DNA from: the human T2T-CHM13v2.0 reference genome, Homo sapiens
DNA: 64,000 bases
Assembly: GCF_009914755.1 (NCBI RefSeq)
Contig: NC_060937.1
Direction: 5' to 3' (one strand)
Of this stretch, positions 1 through 14,049 are shown piece after piece. The position numbers and the translations under genes were made by a program. Positions within the stretch are counted from its first letter, which is position 1, and every line of letters begins with the position of its first letter. The notes under the pieces were generated by a model. The model ran no database searches and was not told the DNA's origin. It saw only the letters and a program-made list of their open reading frames with translations.

Positions 1-729
1 TACTGTCCTGAGATGAGGATATTTCTGTCTTCTGAAAAAATATGTGTGAGCTGTATAGGAACTGATTTGTTTGTGTTGCAATGGCTGGTATGTGTATTTC
101 TGGTTTAAGCTCTGATCCTAGTTCTTAATGCTGCCAGCAGCCTGACCATTTAGGGTTCACCTGCCATTGGAGAGAGGGAATTCAGCATGGTCAATGGAAG
201 TTGTTTTACATTTACATTTTGTGGCCTAATCCTAAAGAGTTGGAGTGGAAAAACAGGTGAAGGACAAACCTTCAATTCGATATGCCTGGTTGAAAAGAGG
301 TTGGAACTGAAATAATAGCAAAGATGTTGTAAAAAGCAAAACAAAACAAAACTTTCAAAATAGCATGAACAGAAGTTAACAGATTAGAGATGACCAAGAA
401 TCTACAAAGGCAAATCTTGGAGTTATGAATAATGGAATACAAAAGGAAGTCTATACCTGTTGTAACTATCAAGGATGAAGTAAAAATGTAACTTCATCAT
501 CTTGAAAACAATTGAAAAAAATGAATAATTACAATTAAGTCATAGTTGATATATATGGCATGCTTAACAAAATAACTCGCTTTCCAACGAAAAGAAATAT
601 ACGTTCAGAGGAAGGAATCTATCCAAAAGAAAGATGCAACAAAGTTGAGACTGGAAGGAGTCATGGCAGGCCCTGGTCTCTGAATGGTGAGAACTAATAT
701 TTACCAGGCCTGTACTATACGGCGGGCCC

Positions 730-995
730 CATCTGGAGCAACTCAGGTGGGGTCCACATGTCTTATCCCTCAACAGCCTAGTTCAGACATGTCCTTCTGT
801 GGCAATGGCATTGAGAAAGATTGCAAGTAGTAATGTGCAGGTGCGTTTTCAAGCCTCCGCTAGCATCCCATTGTTTATAGCAAGTCATAGGACCAGGACC
901 AGGCCCAGAGTCAGAGTGGGTGGGCATGACAACATTACGTTCCTGAGGGTGTGACAGAGGGTGGGACAAAGAATGGCCCCTGTTGCAGCCTATCA
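730..995 (-). mobile_element. Old MaLR LTR fragment (MLT1H/I-like)
   Basis: gctagcatcccattg...agcaagtcat...ggcccagagtcagagtggg resembles the antisense MLT1H/I consensus. Confidence 0.6.
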
Positions 996-999
996 TGCT

Positions 1000-1090
1000 G
1001 TAGATGAGATCAGTTGGGTCACTTACAGAAGGTCATCAACTTCTCAGAGGCAGAGCCTGGATTCAAACTTAATCTTTCTGATCCAGCCCC
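1000..1090 (-). mobile_element. MIR fragment
   Basis: aaggtcatc...gaggcagagcctggattcaaac resembles the antisense MIR core. Confidence 0.5.
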
Positions 1091-2404
1091 TCCCAATCCA
1101 CAGCTCCAGGAACCAGGAGAGGTTACAGCCCACAGGAGAGCTCTTAATGTATCATACTATGAAAGCCTGCAAGTCGGTTGGTAAGCAAAGTGTCAAAGAA
1201 CGTGTGGGAACAATGTGATTTTAAAGAGGTGGAGCAGAAAGTCCAATTAAAAAAGAAAAGTAGAAGAAATTAAAACCAAATGTAAGACCTTAGAGATAAA
1301 GTCATCATGATAGCACAGCTTGTGAAGCACAGGCTTCTAATTTTGCAAAAGAACAAAAGCGATCTGGCAGGAGAGTAAATCATTTTATGAAAGTAATAAA
1401 AAGAGGAATGAGATAAGGGCAAAAATCTGAGTTTACAGCATTTATATTTCAAATGTTATTAATTTGTTGTGTCTAGATTTTATTTCGCATTAGGTTAGGA
1501 GAAGTCTTGAAAATGTTCATGAGGTAAATAGATTTTAGAGAACAAAATGCTATACAATGGACCTTCTTGACATTCACTAACAAAAATGCACTTTGCAAAT
1601 TATAAACCCCTTTGGAAATCTGGGGAATTTTTATAATAGCAGAGCCAACCATCTTTCTTGAATGAACTAGACTAGGCAGTTGACCTGAGGCACCTTCTGT
1701 TTCAGGATGTTACATGCCTTTGAAGGAAAGAAAATAGCTAAGTTAAATACATATATTCGATGACTACTTTCTTAAAAGTAATCCTGATTTTCCATTAGAG
1801 TAGTATTAGGGATGAACAAAGTTCAAAGCCAAAGGAAGTCTTTAGTGTGTTAATTTGTTTAAAGTAGATTCTTTCTGAAGAACCTACTAAGGCTATTGCA
1901 GCCACATTCAGCTTCAACACAGAATCAAGTGAACAGGTAACATTGTTCATAGCTGATGAGTGACTCTGAATTTAATTTTATTCTCTGGCTAACTTCTAAC
2001 TCATTGTCTTATATGACAGAACCATTTGCATTGCAGGGCTAAACTGAATGTCACAATGACATTCAGGAATATCAGTGTCACTGTCACTTGTCCATATTTC
2101 TATGTGGCCTGCTGTCCTGACGTTTTGCTCTCAAAGTCTCTGATGCTTCCTTTTGGGTATTTTAGAGGCCATACAGGAGAGTGGGACTCTTTCTTCTTAG
2201 CGGTGGTGGCTAGGGCTGGACAGGAATGTTGCCTGCTAATGGGAGAAGTGTTTGGAAAAAGCCACACCCTGCATTAGGACATTCAAGCATCCTCTTGTTA
2301 ACACAGCAGTTGTTTTCAACTAACTTATCCAAATTCATTTTTGCTTGTCATATTTGCATTGGTAAACATAGTAATAAGAGTAAAAAATAACAATTTTTTC
2401 AGTG

Positions 2405-2590
2405 TTAAATTGGCATTTTACCTACAATATCTTCTTTAATTCTCACAGCAACCCTTCCGGAAGCCATCATATTGCTTATTTTTCAAACAAGGAAACCGAA
2501 GGTCAAAGAGATTGAATAATGGCTCAAGGTCGCCATTCTAGGGCTTTTGCAGAGTTGGCCTTCAATTTTAAACTATGGCTCTTCCTGCTA
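2405..2590 (-). mobile_element. MIR SINE
   Basis: ttaattctcacagcaaccctt...aaggaaaccgaaggtcaaagagattgaataatggctcaaggtc matches the antisense MIR core. Confidence 0.7.
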
Positions 2591-2734
2591 TGTGAAGCTG
2601 CGCCTTTTGTTATTCTAGATTTTGTTCTTACACCTTAACTTGGGAAGATAGAGCCCTATGTCCAGAAGGTTCTACTAGTATGTATTTCCATGGTTTTGTA
2701 TTCACACTGACAACCTTTAAAATGTTAAACTTTC

Positions 2735-2955
2735 TAGTGGAATAGGGTCCGGAAGACCAGGACTCAGTACTGGCTCTCTGATTTAATTAGCCATGTGATC
2801 CGAAGCAAGCTCCTCGCCCAGCTGGCATCCCCATTTCTAAGAATGAAGTTACTAATCTTTGCCCTGCCCGCCCCACATCTCAGGGTGTGCAGTGAGGACG
2901 AACAAGGATAAAGTGGGTGAAAGTACTTTGCAAACGGTAAAGTAATGCACACATG
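2735..2955 (+). mobile_element. MIR SINE (MIRc/MIR3-like)
   Basis: ttagccatgtgatcc...gcaag...cagggtgtgcagtgagga...gtgaaagtactttgcaaac follows the MIR layout. Confidence 0.65.
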
Positions 2956-3579
2956 CCACTGTGATTTCTGCCGTGTTAATCTCCTACTCAGGCCTTGGAA
3001 CAGCTGTGTCATGTTCTCTTCGCAGAAAGGATGCATAGTTGGGTAGCCAGGCTGATATCATTCCACCTTTCACGAGGTTACCCTCCCGCTGACCGCTGCT
3101 CCTTTCCCATGCATGCTGATGATTTATCTTATAAAAGCAAAACAATGCGTCCTGCCCACTCCCCTGCCCCTACTGCACTTGTTGCTCTGTGCTTGCCTGT
3201 TGTGTTTTTCTACAGCACACAAGGAATGGAAACCAAATGCAAGCATCACCACCAATGAACACATGCTTACATCTCTTGCTAGCGATCTTTTTCCTCTCTC
3301 TCTCTGCCAGAACTCAAAGGGCACAGTTTTTCTTCTCCGAATTTTTCTAAGCCCTATGCAAACATGTAGCTATGTGGTGCAGATAGTCTGAACATAGGAG
3401 CAAGCTGTGACTGTTCAAGTGATTGAGCTTTTTCAAAATTATTAGTGATATCCCCAGGACCTCGCTAAAGCACACTGAAAAATCGGCTTACCCTAAAGCT
3501 ACTTTGTTTAGAAACTGTCTTTGACTTAATCTAAATCAGGATGCAAGCCTCCCTTCTGCCAGTCGAGAGAAGTGGCTAG

Positions 3580-3673
3580 AGGGTAACCAGCCAACTGTCC
3601 CACTGTTAACACTGAAGGTCTCACGTCCCCGGAAACTCCTGAGTACCGAGCGAACAGGACAGTTAGACACCCC
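3580..3673. mobile_element. MER81 hAT-Blackjack MITE
   Basis: Termini agggtaacca...gttagacaccc and internal cactgaaggtctcacgtccccggaaac resemble MER81. Confidence 0.65.
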
Positions 3674-3919
3674 AGGAGTGGAGCCATCCCCTTCCTGCAT
3701 CTGCACCAACCTGCTGCCCCGTATTTTTCACGGGCTCCAACCACAGTGAATAATTTTCACCTTTCTGTTACTTGCACAAAGCCTTTTTAGAAAAGCATTA
3801 AAAAAAAAAAAAAGAAAAAAAACCAATATTTTAGCTCTTTCACAAAACACTCTGTCCCCCAGTAAGCTGTGACTGAACTTGAACAGGTCACACCTCCAGA
3901 AGACAGGCCTCAGTGCTGC

Positions 3920-4700
3920 TGACTGCCGCCTCCGAAGCCAGTCTGGGTTCTCGCTGCATATTTAGTATTCAAACCTCTTGATAAATGATCGGCTGTTTTT
4001 CATGTTTGGAGCTCTCCCTGAACAATAAAGCAAAAACGTTTGTCATCCATAAAGTACAGCTGCAAGAAGTGTGTGGGAGTGATAATTGGATGACACTCCA
4101 GGAAGGAGGGGGAAATGAAAACAGCTGTTCCGAGAGGACAACGCGGTGTTGTGCGGGAGATGAGCCCGCGGCCCAGGAGGACTGAGCCCCCTGTGCTCAC
4201 TGGCCCCGGCCCACGCAGGCTGCATGCCCCATTTCTGCTGCCGCAGCCACTCTTGCTCCACGCCTAGTGCCAGTGAGGGGCAGGCTCCAGCTGGATCAGG
4301 GTCTCACGGCCCCAGGCCTCACCCTGCCCTGGCCACAGCAATGCTTTCTGCTCACTTTGGCAGCTGGAGGTAGCCTGAGGGGGAACTTCATTTCTGTTTC
4401 CATGAGGGCCACCAAGCTAGGAAAGGCCAATCGCCTTTAACCCCACAAAAAGGCCCCTTTGACAAGTTCCGCTTTGATTCACGGAGGGTTTGGTGTGCAC
4501 CGCGACGGGCAGCTGTCAAGACAGGGCCTCAGGCAGAAAGACGGAGGGGAACACAGATCACCATGAAGGCGACACCACACGTTTGATCCTCTTAGCCCTG
4601 TCCTTCCCACTCTCAGATTTCTCTCGGACAGTGGTTGAACTTAGAGGATTCCGCAGACAAAGACGCATTTATGCACACTAAGCCCGGCAGGCTCCGCTCC
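3920..4700. promoter_or_regulatory. GC/CpG-enriched unique segment with E-box cluster (candidate enhancer)
   Basis: About 25 CpGs counted by eye in 4130-4700; five CAGCTG sites at 4057, 4122, 4288, 4361 and 4510; not a recognisable repeat. Confidence 0.4.
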
Positions 4701-4844
4701 TCTGCTGAACCACTTCTCAAACCCAGTCCCAAAGGCTGAAAAACTATCCCAGAAGTTTTAAGCTTTTCATGTAACATCCTAGACCAGCAACTTCAAGTTC
4801 AAAACTTAAAGACAGAGTCCCTACATTTGCACATCTCATGTGCA

Positions 4845-5254
4845 AGGTATGTGTGTGTGTGTGGTGTTAGTACATATATGTGTGTATGTGTTTATGTGTA
4901 TGTATGTGTGTATCTATATATATGTATGTGTGGTATGCATACGTGTGTGTATGTGTGAATATGTGTGTGTGTTGTGCATACATATGTGTTTATGTGTATG
5001 TACATGTGTGTATGTATGTGTGAATATGTGTGTGTAGAGTATGTGTGTGGTGTGCATACATATGTGTGTATGTGTATGTACGTGTGTGTATGTATGTGTG
5101 AATGTGTGTGTAGAGTATTGTGTGTGGTGTGCATACATATGTGTGTATGTGTATGTACATGTGTGTGTATGTATGTGTGAATGTATGTGTGTAGAGTATG
5201 TGTGTGTGGTGTGCATACATATGTGTGTATGTGTATGTACGTGTGTGTGTGTGT
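4845..5254. repeat. (TG)/(TATG)-rich minisatellite with a higher-order unit of about 78 bp
   Basis: tgcatacatatg recurs at 4975, 5053, 5130 and 5212; agagta recurs at 5036, 5112 and 5193. Confidence 0.9.
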
Positions 5255-5944
5255 AATATGGGTTATTATTTTAAAAACCTGTGGAGGATGGTGAAGACTA
5301 GTCTTTCTTGATGAAAGGCTGTATCACCTTAAGTCTGGAATTATATATAAGGCAACATCTGGAAATAACATTAATATGTTGTTTAGAGGGCAATTTAGAA
5401 AAGTGCCACATGGATCAGAGAAATGGAGTCATCATATAAAAGGGAGAAAAATAAAAGGGGGAGATTTGATTTGAGATGCTGCTTCTAATGTATCCTTCCC
5501 AAAGGACAGGAAGGTGAGGAATGATATTTGCACCTCACCAAGTGTCATTGAGTGAAGGGCTTTAACCATGGAGACCCAGATCTTAGGGTTTCTTAGGTCA
5601 TTAGGCCCTACGTAGAAAACTGCTGCAACAGTTTAGAAGACAGCACCTGTGTGGTCTAGAGAAGGCTCTATGTGGAGTATGTGGCCAGCTGCAGGAATAC
5701 AAAGACAGATCAAAACTGCACAGTCTTCCAACTGCCTGAAGGTCTGTTTTTGTCCCTAGATCAGCATTTCTGACCTTGGCTGTATTGACATTTGGGACTT
5801 CATCAGTCAAGATCTGCCTTAGGCCATTCAGGCTGCTATAGCAAATTACCATAGACTGAGTGCCTTTAATAGCAAACGTTTATTTCTCCTATTCCTGGAG
5901 GCTGCAAAGTCCAAGATCAAGGTGCCAGCAGATCTGGTGTCTAG

Positions 5945-6930
<986 letters not shown>

Positions 6931-7209
6931 GAAAATGGCCATTTTCTTGCCGTGTAATCACATAGCAAAGGGCAGAAACAGAGCATGAGCTCTCCTGTCT
7001 CTTTTCATAAGGGCACTAACCCCATTTGTGAGAGTTCCATCCTCGTGACCTAATCACTTCCCAAAAACCCCCATCTCCAAATACCATCACATTGAGGATT
7101 TAGGCTTCAATATATCAATTATTTTGAGGGGCCACCAATGGTCCATAGCAGGGTTCTCCAGAGAAAGAGGAAATATGTATATACACATATATATAATTAT
7201 AGATATATA

Positions 7210-7850
7210 ATTTTTTTCATTTTTAATTTTTATGGGTACATAGTGCTTATATTTATGGGGTACATGAGATATTTTGATGCAGGTGTACAATGTGTAATAA
7301 TCACATCACAGTGAATGGGGTATACTTCTTTGTGTTTGGAATAATCCAATTATACTTAGTTTTTTTGTTTATTTATTTTTTTGTTTGTGTTTTTTTTTTT
7401 CACTCTGCCACCCAGCCTGGAGTGCAGTGGTGTGATCTTGGCTCACTGCCACCTCTGCCTCCTGGACTGAAATGATTCTCATGCCTCAGCCTCCCAAGTT
7501 ACTGAGACTACAGGTATACTCTTAGCTATTTTTTAAATGTGCTGTGAATTATTGTTGACTATAGTCATCCTATTGTATATCAAGTACTAGATCTTATTCA
7601 TTCCATCTAAGTACATGCTTATACCCACTAGCCATCCCCACTTCCCCCAACTCCCCCCTACCCATCCCAGCCTCTCATAACTATCAATGTGTTCCCTAAC
7701 TCCATGAGTTCAATTGTTTTAATTTTTAGTTCCCACAAATGTGTGAGAACCTGCGAAGTTTGTCTTCTGTGCCTGGCTTATTTCACTTAACATAATGTTC
7801 TCCAGTTCCATCCATGTTGTTGCAAATGACAAAATCTTATTCTGTATTCT
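7210..7850 (-). mobile_element. L1MA-type 3' end, interrupted by an Alu fragment
   Basis: tatttatggggtacatgagatattttgat...ttgactatagtcatcc...gcctggcttatttcacttaacataatgttctccagttccatccatgttgttgcaaatgaca. Confidence 0.85.
7360..7514 (-). mobile_element. 5'-truncated Alu (right arm only, old subfamily)
   Basis: T-rich tail then cactctgccacccagcctggagtgcagtgg...gcctcagcctcccaag...actacagg; imperfect TSD tatacttag/tatactcttag. Confidence 0.85.
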
Positions 7851-10017
7851 ATACATCTGACTAATTTCCCATCCTGGGACCTCAGGTTTTGCTTTTAAGG
7901 CCTTCAGCTGATTAGTTGAGGCCCACCACATCATGGAGGGTCATCTGCTTTACTTAAAGTCAGTTAATGGTAGGTATCAACCACATCTACAAAATATCTT
8001 CATAGCAACATCTATATTCCTGTTTGATTAAGTAACTGGGTTCTATAGCCTAGCCAAATTGACACATACAATTAATCATCACAGGGCCCTACCTGATGAT
8101 TCTTTGTTGAGGGAGGCTGTCCCACACCATTGTAGGAGGTTTAGCAGCATTCTTGCCAGTCAGCAGTCCCTCCACTTGTGACAAATAAAAATGCCTCTCG
8201 GTATTACCAAAAGTCCCCTGGAGATGAGGGGCAAAATCATCCCAGTTGAGAACCACTTTTCTAGGCCATTATGTATCATCCCAGTCTGCTCTGCGTTAGC
8301 CACCGTTTAAAAGTACAGAACCCAACTAGTAATGCTTGTGCTTTGCAGAAACTTATATTTTCACTCAGATGCTATTTTAACACATCGAAGGTTAAGGAAC
8401 ATAATTAATATTCCTATAAGTCTGCAGCGGGCAGGACGTCAACATGTGGAGAGCAGTAAACAGTAAGTTCCACCTTCACGTACATCTTGTACTCTCTTGC
8501 CAGAGTGACAGTAACTTTTCTCCTGAGATTTGGAATTAAAAATGAAATAATAATATAACCAATGCTGAGATTTGTCCCAGAAGGCTCAATTAACCTGTTC
8601 AAGCTGAGCACTGGGCTCAAAAGCAGGTCCCTACTAAAAACTCTAAAAAAGCTTAATGTCACTATTTTATTTGATATTTCATTAAACGGAATATTTTTAC
8701 TTACTGAATACATTTTAAAAAAGCTTTGATATAGATGAAGGCAATTTGACAAAGACTCACTTATCCTAAATTATAGAACTTTTTTCTTTTTTCACTGCAT
8801 TGCTATTAGCAGATTTTTATATGTACCCTTTTAATACAAAAAAAAAAAAAACATGTCCCGTGCTCTTCCAACCATCTGGTGTGAAGTGACACATGGATGG
8901 CAAACTGCTATTTAAAGCACTGAATGCATTATCTATAACCAGGCATGGTTATCTTCTGCATTGTTAATTTCCTGCTGTGCCTGCGTAATTCTGGTATTTT
9001 CTTGGTCATGCACAACTATATAGTAACTTATAAGCAGCTCATATACTTTTTTTTTTTTTTAAGTAGAGAGTTATTTAATGGTATGTTAAGTACAAAATTC
9101 TGGTGCCAGGAATAGAAAATCAAGACTCCAAAAGGCTAATAAAACATTGTTTATAACTGGAACATGCTTATTTATTTAGTTGCTTTAAGCAAGGCAAGAG
9201 AAAACATCCAATTTGGAATTTTGACCCACTAAGCATCATGGTAGGATATGGGAATTTCTCTTTGGCATTCTCCTTTGCCCATTAAAACAAAAGCAAACAA
9301 ACAAACAAATAAAAAACAGAAAACCTTCTTCACTGGTTTCTTAAGTGGGCTGCATCTTCTGTCTGATTTACGGTGTGGTCAGCTGAGAACCAGATGCTGA
9401 ATGCGGTATTGTGAAGTGTACAGGATGTCAAAATTTCTGGTCCAGTAAAGTGTTCGTTTTGCAAATGTAGCTTTAAGAGGTCTGCATAGACCCAGGCAAG
9501 ATAAATATTCTAGGTTCATTTCTGAAGGAAGATTTCTTTGTTTTCTCCAACCCAACCCACCTGGATGTTAATATGAGGCTACTTCCCAAAAACAGATGAG
9601 TGATGACAACTTCTATCCTCTTCCAAATGTTTAAAGAGAAATGGATCTAACTGGTGAGAGAAGGAGCAACCAAGATGTTGAAGGATTTTTTTTTTCATCC
9701 TGAATCTTAATCCTCTCTGTGTGGCCCTTTTCATCCTGCCTTAAGACAAAATGAAAGTGATGTATGTATCTTTATGCTCTGTGCCAAACACAAATACGTG
9801 CTCTGCATCAGTTTATAAGGACAAACTCCCCCAGGTTAGAAGTTAATCTCACACACTCAACAATAAAGTAAAAGCAATATTCATTGCGAGGATGTCACAA
9901 ATTAGTCATTCTATTCACTTTGAGCTTTGGGGTTGCCCAGCTATTTGTATTTGCTTAGGGAAGTTACCAGATTATGGCCCCATCTACTCTTGGAGAACTT
10001 GCATTGAAACAAGCTGA

Positions 10018-10058
10018 GTTTGTTTGTTTGTTTGTTTGTTTTTGTTTTTGTTTGTTTG
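10018..10058. repeat. (GTTT)n simple repeat
   Basis: gtttgtttgtttgtttgtttgtttttgtttttgtttgtttg. Confidence 0.85.
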
Positions 10059-10934
10059 CTACACTTTCCATTAAATTTAAGAGCAAACATTTAACCTTAT
10101 GCTTGCAAAAAAAATCAAACAGAAACAGAAACAGGTTTGGGCTGATTCTGTGTCAAGGTAAGCATTTTGCTTCTTAACAAAGCAAATAACCTTTTTGTTA
10201 TGTTTTATTTGCGAAGTCATCATAGCTTGATGGTGAAAAGTGAATAGCCTGGATTGGTTGCTTTGCATCGTTTTTCTCGTTTATCTCTCATGAGAACCTT
10301 GAAAAGTAGATCTAATTATTCGCACTTACCAATATATATATTGAGGCTTCTCCATGAATGTGCCATTAATAAGAGGAAATATTTGAAAACACATCTGATC
10401 ATCAAACCCATGTTCTTACCACTTATTGAATCTGACATACAGCTTATTAAGACTTTGAATGATAACCTCTGGACAATCACACACTCATGGCCCCTTCCAA
10501 CTCTGAGTCAGAAGGCATCAAATATTACTATACTTACTGTAGATTACAATATTAAATGTCTAATTTTAAATATCTTGAAATGGTGGAAGACAATGACAAC
10601 TTGGAGAGAGGCACAAAGACTGGACCATGACATGATTATGAAAGGTGTCTTTCCATAATGAAACTGAGAAGCATGAATCAATCAACAGACTTAATCTGGA
10701 CTATTTTTTAAACAAATATCCCATTCTAGAGTCTAAGCTCCTTCGTGGAGTGTTGTGAATTTTTACCTGGGCACAGGTTTGTTAAGAAGCATCAACCAAT
10801 TCAAAGTTTACACACTCAAGAAAATCTCCACCATAACCTTTCAATGGCATCCTCTCCTTCTCTCCTGTTCACACACGCATTCCAAACCAACACTGTCAGT
10901 CCTTTCTCTAGCTTAAACCTCTATCATGTATACA

Positions 10935-11057
10935 AGAATAAGAACTACCATGAGTGCAGGAAACATCTCTGCTCTGCTCTTTGCTGGGTTTTCACCACCA
11001 AGGCCAGTTCCTGGCTTCCAAGAGGTTTTCCATAAATATTTGCTAAATGACTGAATT
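10935..11057 (+). mobile_element. L2 3' end
   Basis: ccatgagtgcagg...cagttcctggc...cataaatatttgctaaatgactgaat. Confidence 0.65.
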
Positions 11058-13144
11058 AGTAGTGGATTAACCTACGAATAAATGTGTTTTATGTCATGGG
11101 ATTCAAGGTGCTTCCTACCATGACTTTTTAAATAAATGTTTAAAAGGACTGATAGTCTGAAAATATAAGACAAAAGCACTTAAGATTTATCTCTGGCTAG
11201 AGGAGACCCTAAAACCTATTAGACATCAAGTAAACGCTTACTGAGTGAATGAAAAGATAAATGGAAATATGTGAAAAGGATTATTCATACAACATAAGTT
11301 ATCCCAAGAGAGTTGCACCAGAGACCTAGACCTACCTTGTAAATGAATAGTTGGCTATAGTAAAAAGAAAAGATAAGAAAGGCCTCGTAGTTGTGCCAAT
11401 TTTTCCACTGTTGCGCAGCCATCACCTACTGTGTAATGCATAATTGGCTTGAGAGATGTGGAAGGGGGGGACTTCTAATTGTGGAGAAGTTAATGACGCA
11501 CAAAATAATTAATCCAGAGCCTTTGCATTGTGTTGTTTCCATTTTATGGTTTTAGGAAAGAGAATGTGACATTCATCACCATCAGATCCAAATTCCTTCA
11601 AGATGATAAAAATGTAATACCAATTGACATGAAAGAATCTTGTTCAGCAAGTTCATGTGTGGTAACTCCTGCACAACCCCTGGCCTTTTTCTTCCTGCCA
11701 TGGATTTCTTTTTTTTAAGATACTTCAACCATCTCCTTGCATTTATGGTTCTTGAATTTACAAATGACTTTGTTTCTTCCCAACACTTTATTTCTTCCAA
11801 AATAATACCCAGCCAACTTTCTATTTATCATAGTTCCACTATTTTACATTTCCCATGTGTCTTGCCAGCACCCTAGTAAGGTACATACCCTCAACCCATA
11901 TCCATTAGACAAACTCTTACAACTTAGAACCCTTTCTTAATGTGTTAAATAATAATGCAGTCATTAATTCTAAAACTATCTTATATTTTTTTCTCACTTT
12001 CTCTCTTTTTGTTAATTGCCCTGCCTCTAAGCTCAGATTACCCAGGTTGATGCTGCAGTGTGCATTTTCCCAAGATTGCTTTATTTTGTGAGGGATTACT
12101 ACCGAAAGAACAATAAACTTTCCCTTCGGTTCTGTACTCCCACTCAAGGCTGAGCAAGAAGAAGCTGAAGTAAGTAGAAGCAGGAGATATCCAGTTTATC
12201 AGGAACTTCCTGATAAGAGAAATTGGCTCTTCAACTGGCAAGAGTGTAGAATCTCTTTCATTAAGGATCTTACAGTTGGGAAAGAAATGAAAATATTTCA
12301 AATAATTTAGGAGAATTACAGTAGAGCATCAAAAATCTTTGGGAAGTCATCTCTGTTCTTATGTCTTTCCAGACCAGAATCCCACAGCACAAGGCATTCT
12401 CATTGCACAGCAATGCCTGGTAATACACACAACACTCTCTGATAGTGCAAGTATCTAATACACTCTTAAATAATTTGGTCTGACCAGAAATTGAATGGGA
12501 GATAAATAACCTCATGTTTCCTCAATCTTGATGTTTCCATCATTACAAATATTTTATGAAGTAATTATTTCAGAGCAATATACTTGAGTTTCCTAATTTC
12601 TTACTAGTTCTTTCACATTTACCATAGACTCATCAATAAACCAATTGTTCTTACCTAAAATGCATCCTGATAGCTAAAGCTTATACAGACAAATGACATC
12701 CTGATTCAGAAAATACATAAAATGTATACAACTTAATGTAAATGCTTTTAAACTAAAAAGCATTTTTCCTTTTAAAACGTGTATTCTAAATTCTGAAATC
12801 TCAATTAACTATGAAAGTCAGTATGCCATTGGTCAAGATGCTGAAGAATACTACTTGAGAAAGCAGAACATGAGTTTTGGAAAGTCTTCGTGCTTGACAG
12901 TATATTCACCTTTTATCGATTGCTACAAATGGCAGCTACCCAGGTTGCAAGAGCCATAAAAGGTCAGGTCACCATAGTGCCCAGGAATGCATTAGGGATA
13001 AACACAGGCCATCTTGGTGGGAAAGTATGAACACTCAAAAGTATGAGAATTCAAGGAGGAAGGCTGTGGTAATGAAAATCCACAATGCGACAGGGTATTG
13101 AACTGCTGTGAAAAATGTATTTGAATGTAAGAAGATACCCCCAG

Positions 13145-13310
13145 CGATCATGTAATCCAACTTCCCATTCATTTACAGACCAACCAGATGGAAAAAATAA
13201 ACTGAGGCAGAGATGCCCTCCTCACCCACTCCGCAGTGTCACAGAGCCAGTTTCATGGCAGAGCTGGATGGAAATATGCGTCTCTGGAATGCTAACCCAA
13301 AGTTCATTCA
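13145..13310 (-). mobile_element. MIR fragment
   Basis: catttacaga...aaactgaggcagaga...gtcacagagccagtttcatggcagagctgg. Confidence 0.65.
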
Positions 13311-14049
13311 ACAGTTTTGTGCTGTCTGTCAGAAGTGAGAAAGGAGATTTCCATGGCTCATTTAAAATACAAGATGTATAATATGGAATTGGGAATATAT
13401 ACATTTCTATTTTGAAAATCCCACTTTCTCCAAGCATATACCCAAATCACATCCAAAAAAAAAGAGAAGTACTGTCTTTCTTTTTTAATGGTTTTCTGAA
13501 ATGGATCAAAACATCGAGCCTTGTTTATAAACACTGAATTCCCATTGTAAGCTGGAGCCCTTCTCCCTCAGTACTGCTAGTCATAAAAAATATGTCTCTA
13601 ACCCTTTAGCTATGAGTTAACCTGGCATGGAAATTTACTAACGTTTCAGGGCTTTAAAAAGCCAGTTAAATTTTTATTGCTTTAGTTTCTCTAAAATGCC
13701 AGAGAGTATAGAATGAGATTTTGTAGATTCTGCTGTCATCCCTGTTATGTAAATAACTGAGTTAGAAGTATTTGAGAGGTGCTTTTTGCTTTAGCCATCT
13801 CCTTTTGGGATTACCAATGAGAACCCCATATACATAGAATATCCTTGGGTAATTATGATTCCTTGGTCTATAATCTCACAACAATGTTCTAATTTTAGTC
13901 AAGAGTACTAAATGTAAAACGTAAAGAGCGTGAGGGGAAAAGGGAAGATTTTCCAAGTCTTCCCATGCAAAAAAAAAAAAAAAAAAAAGCAAGGAGTGGA
14001 AAGAATTATGTGAATACCCTCCTCTCTACAGGTTTCCTGTTCCCTTTTT

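Noticed and set aside
4840-5256. Cys/Val- and His/Thr-rich ORFs
   Set aside because: They are translation artefacts of the TG/TATG repeat.
8414-8752. 112-aa minus-strand ORF with an internal acceptor-like site near 8523
   Set aside because: No recognisable homology and only a weak donor (GAT|gtacgt).
10254-10658. 134-aa plus-strand ORF
   Set aside because: Non-ATG start, AT-rich random-looking composition, and no convincing splice or promoter context.
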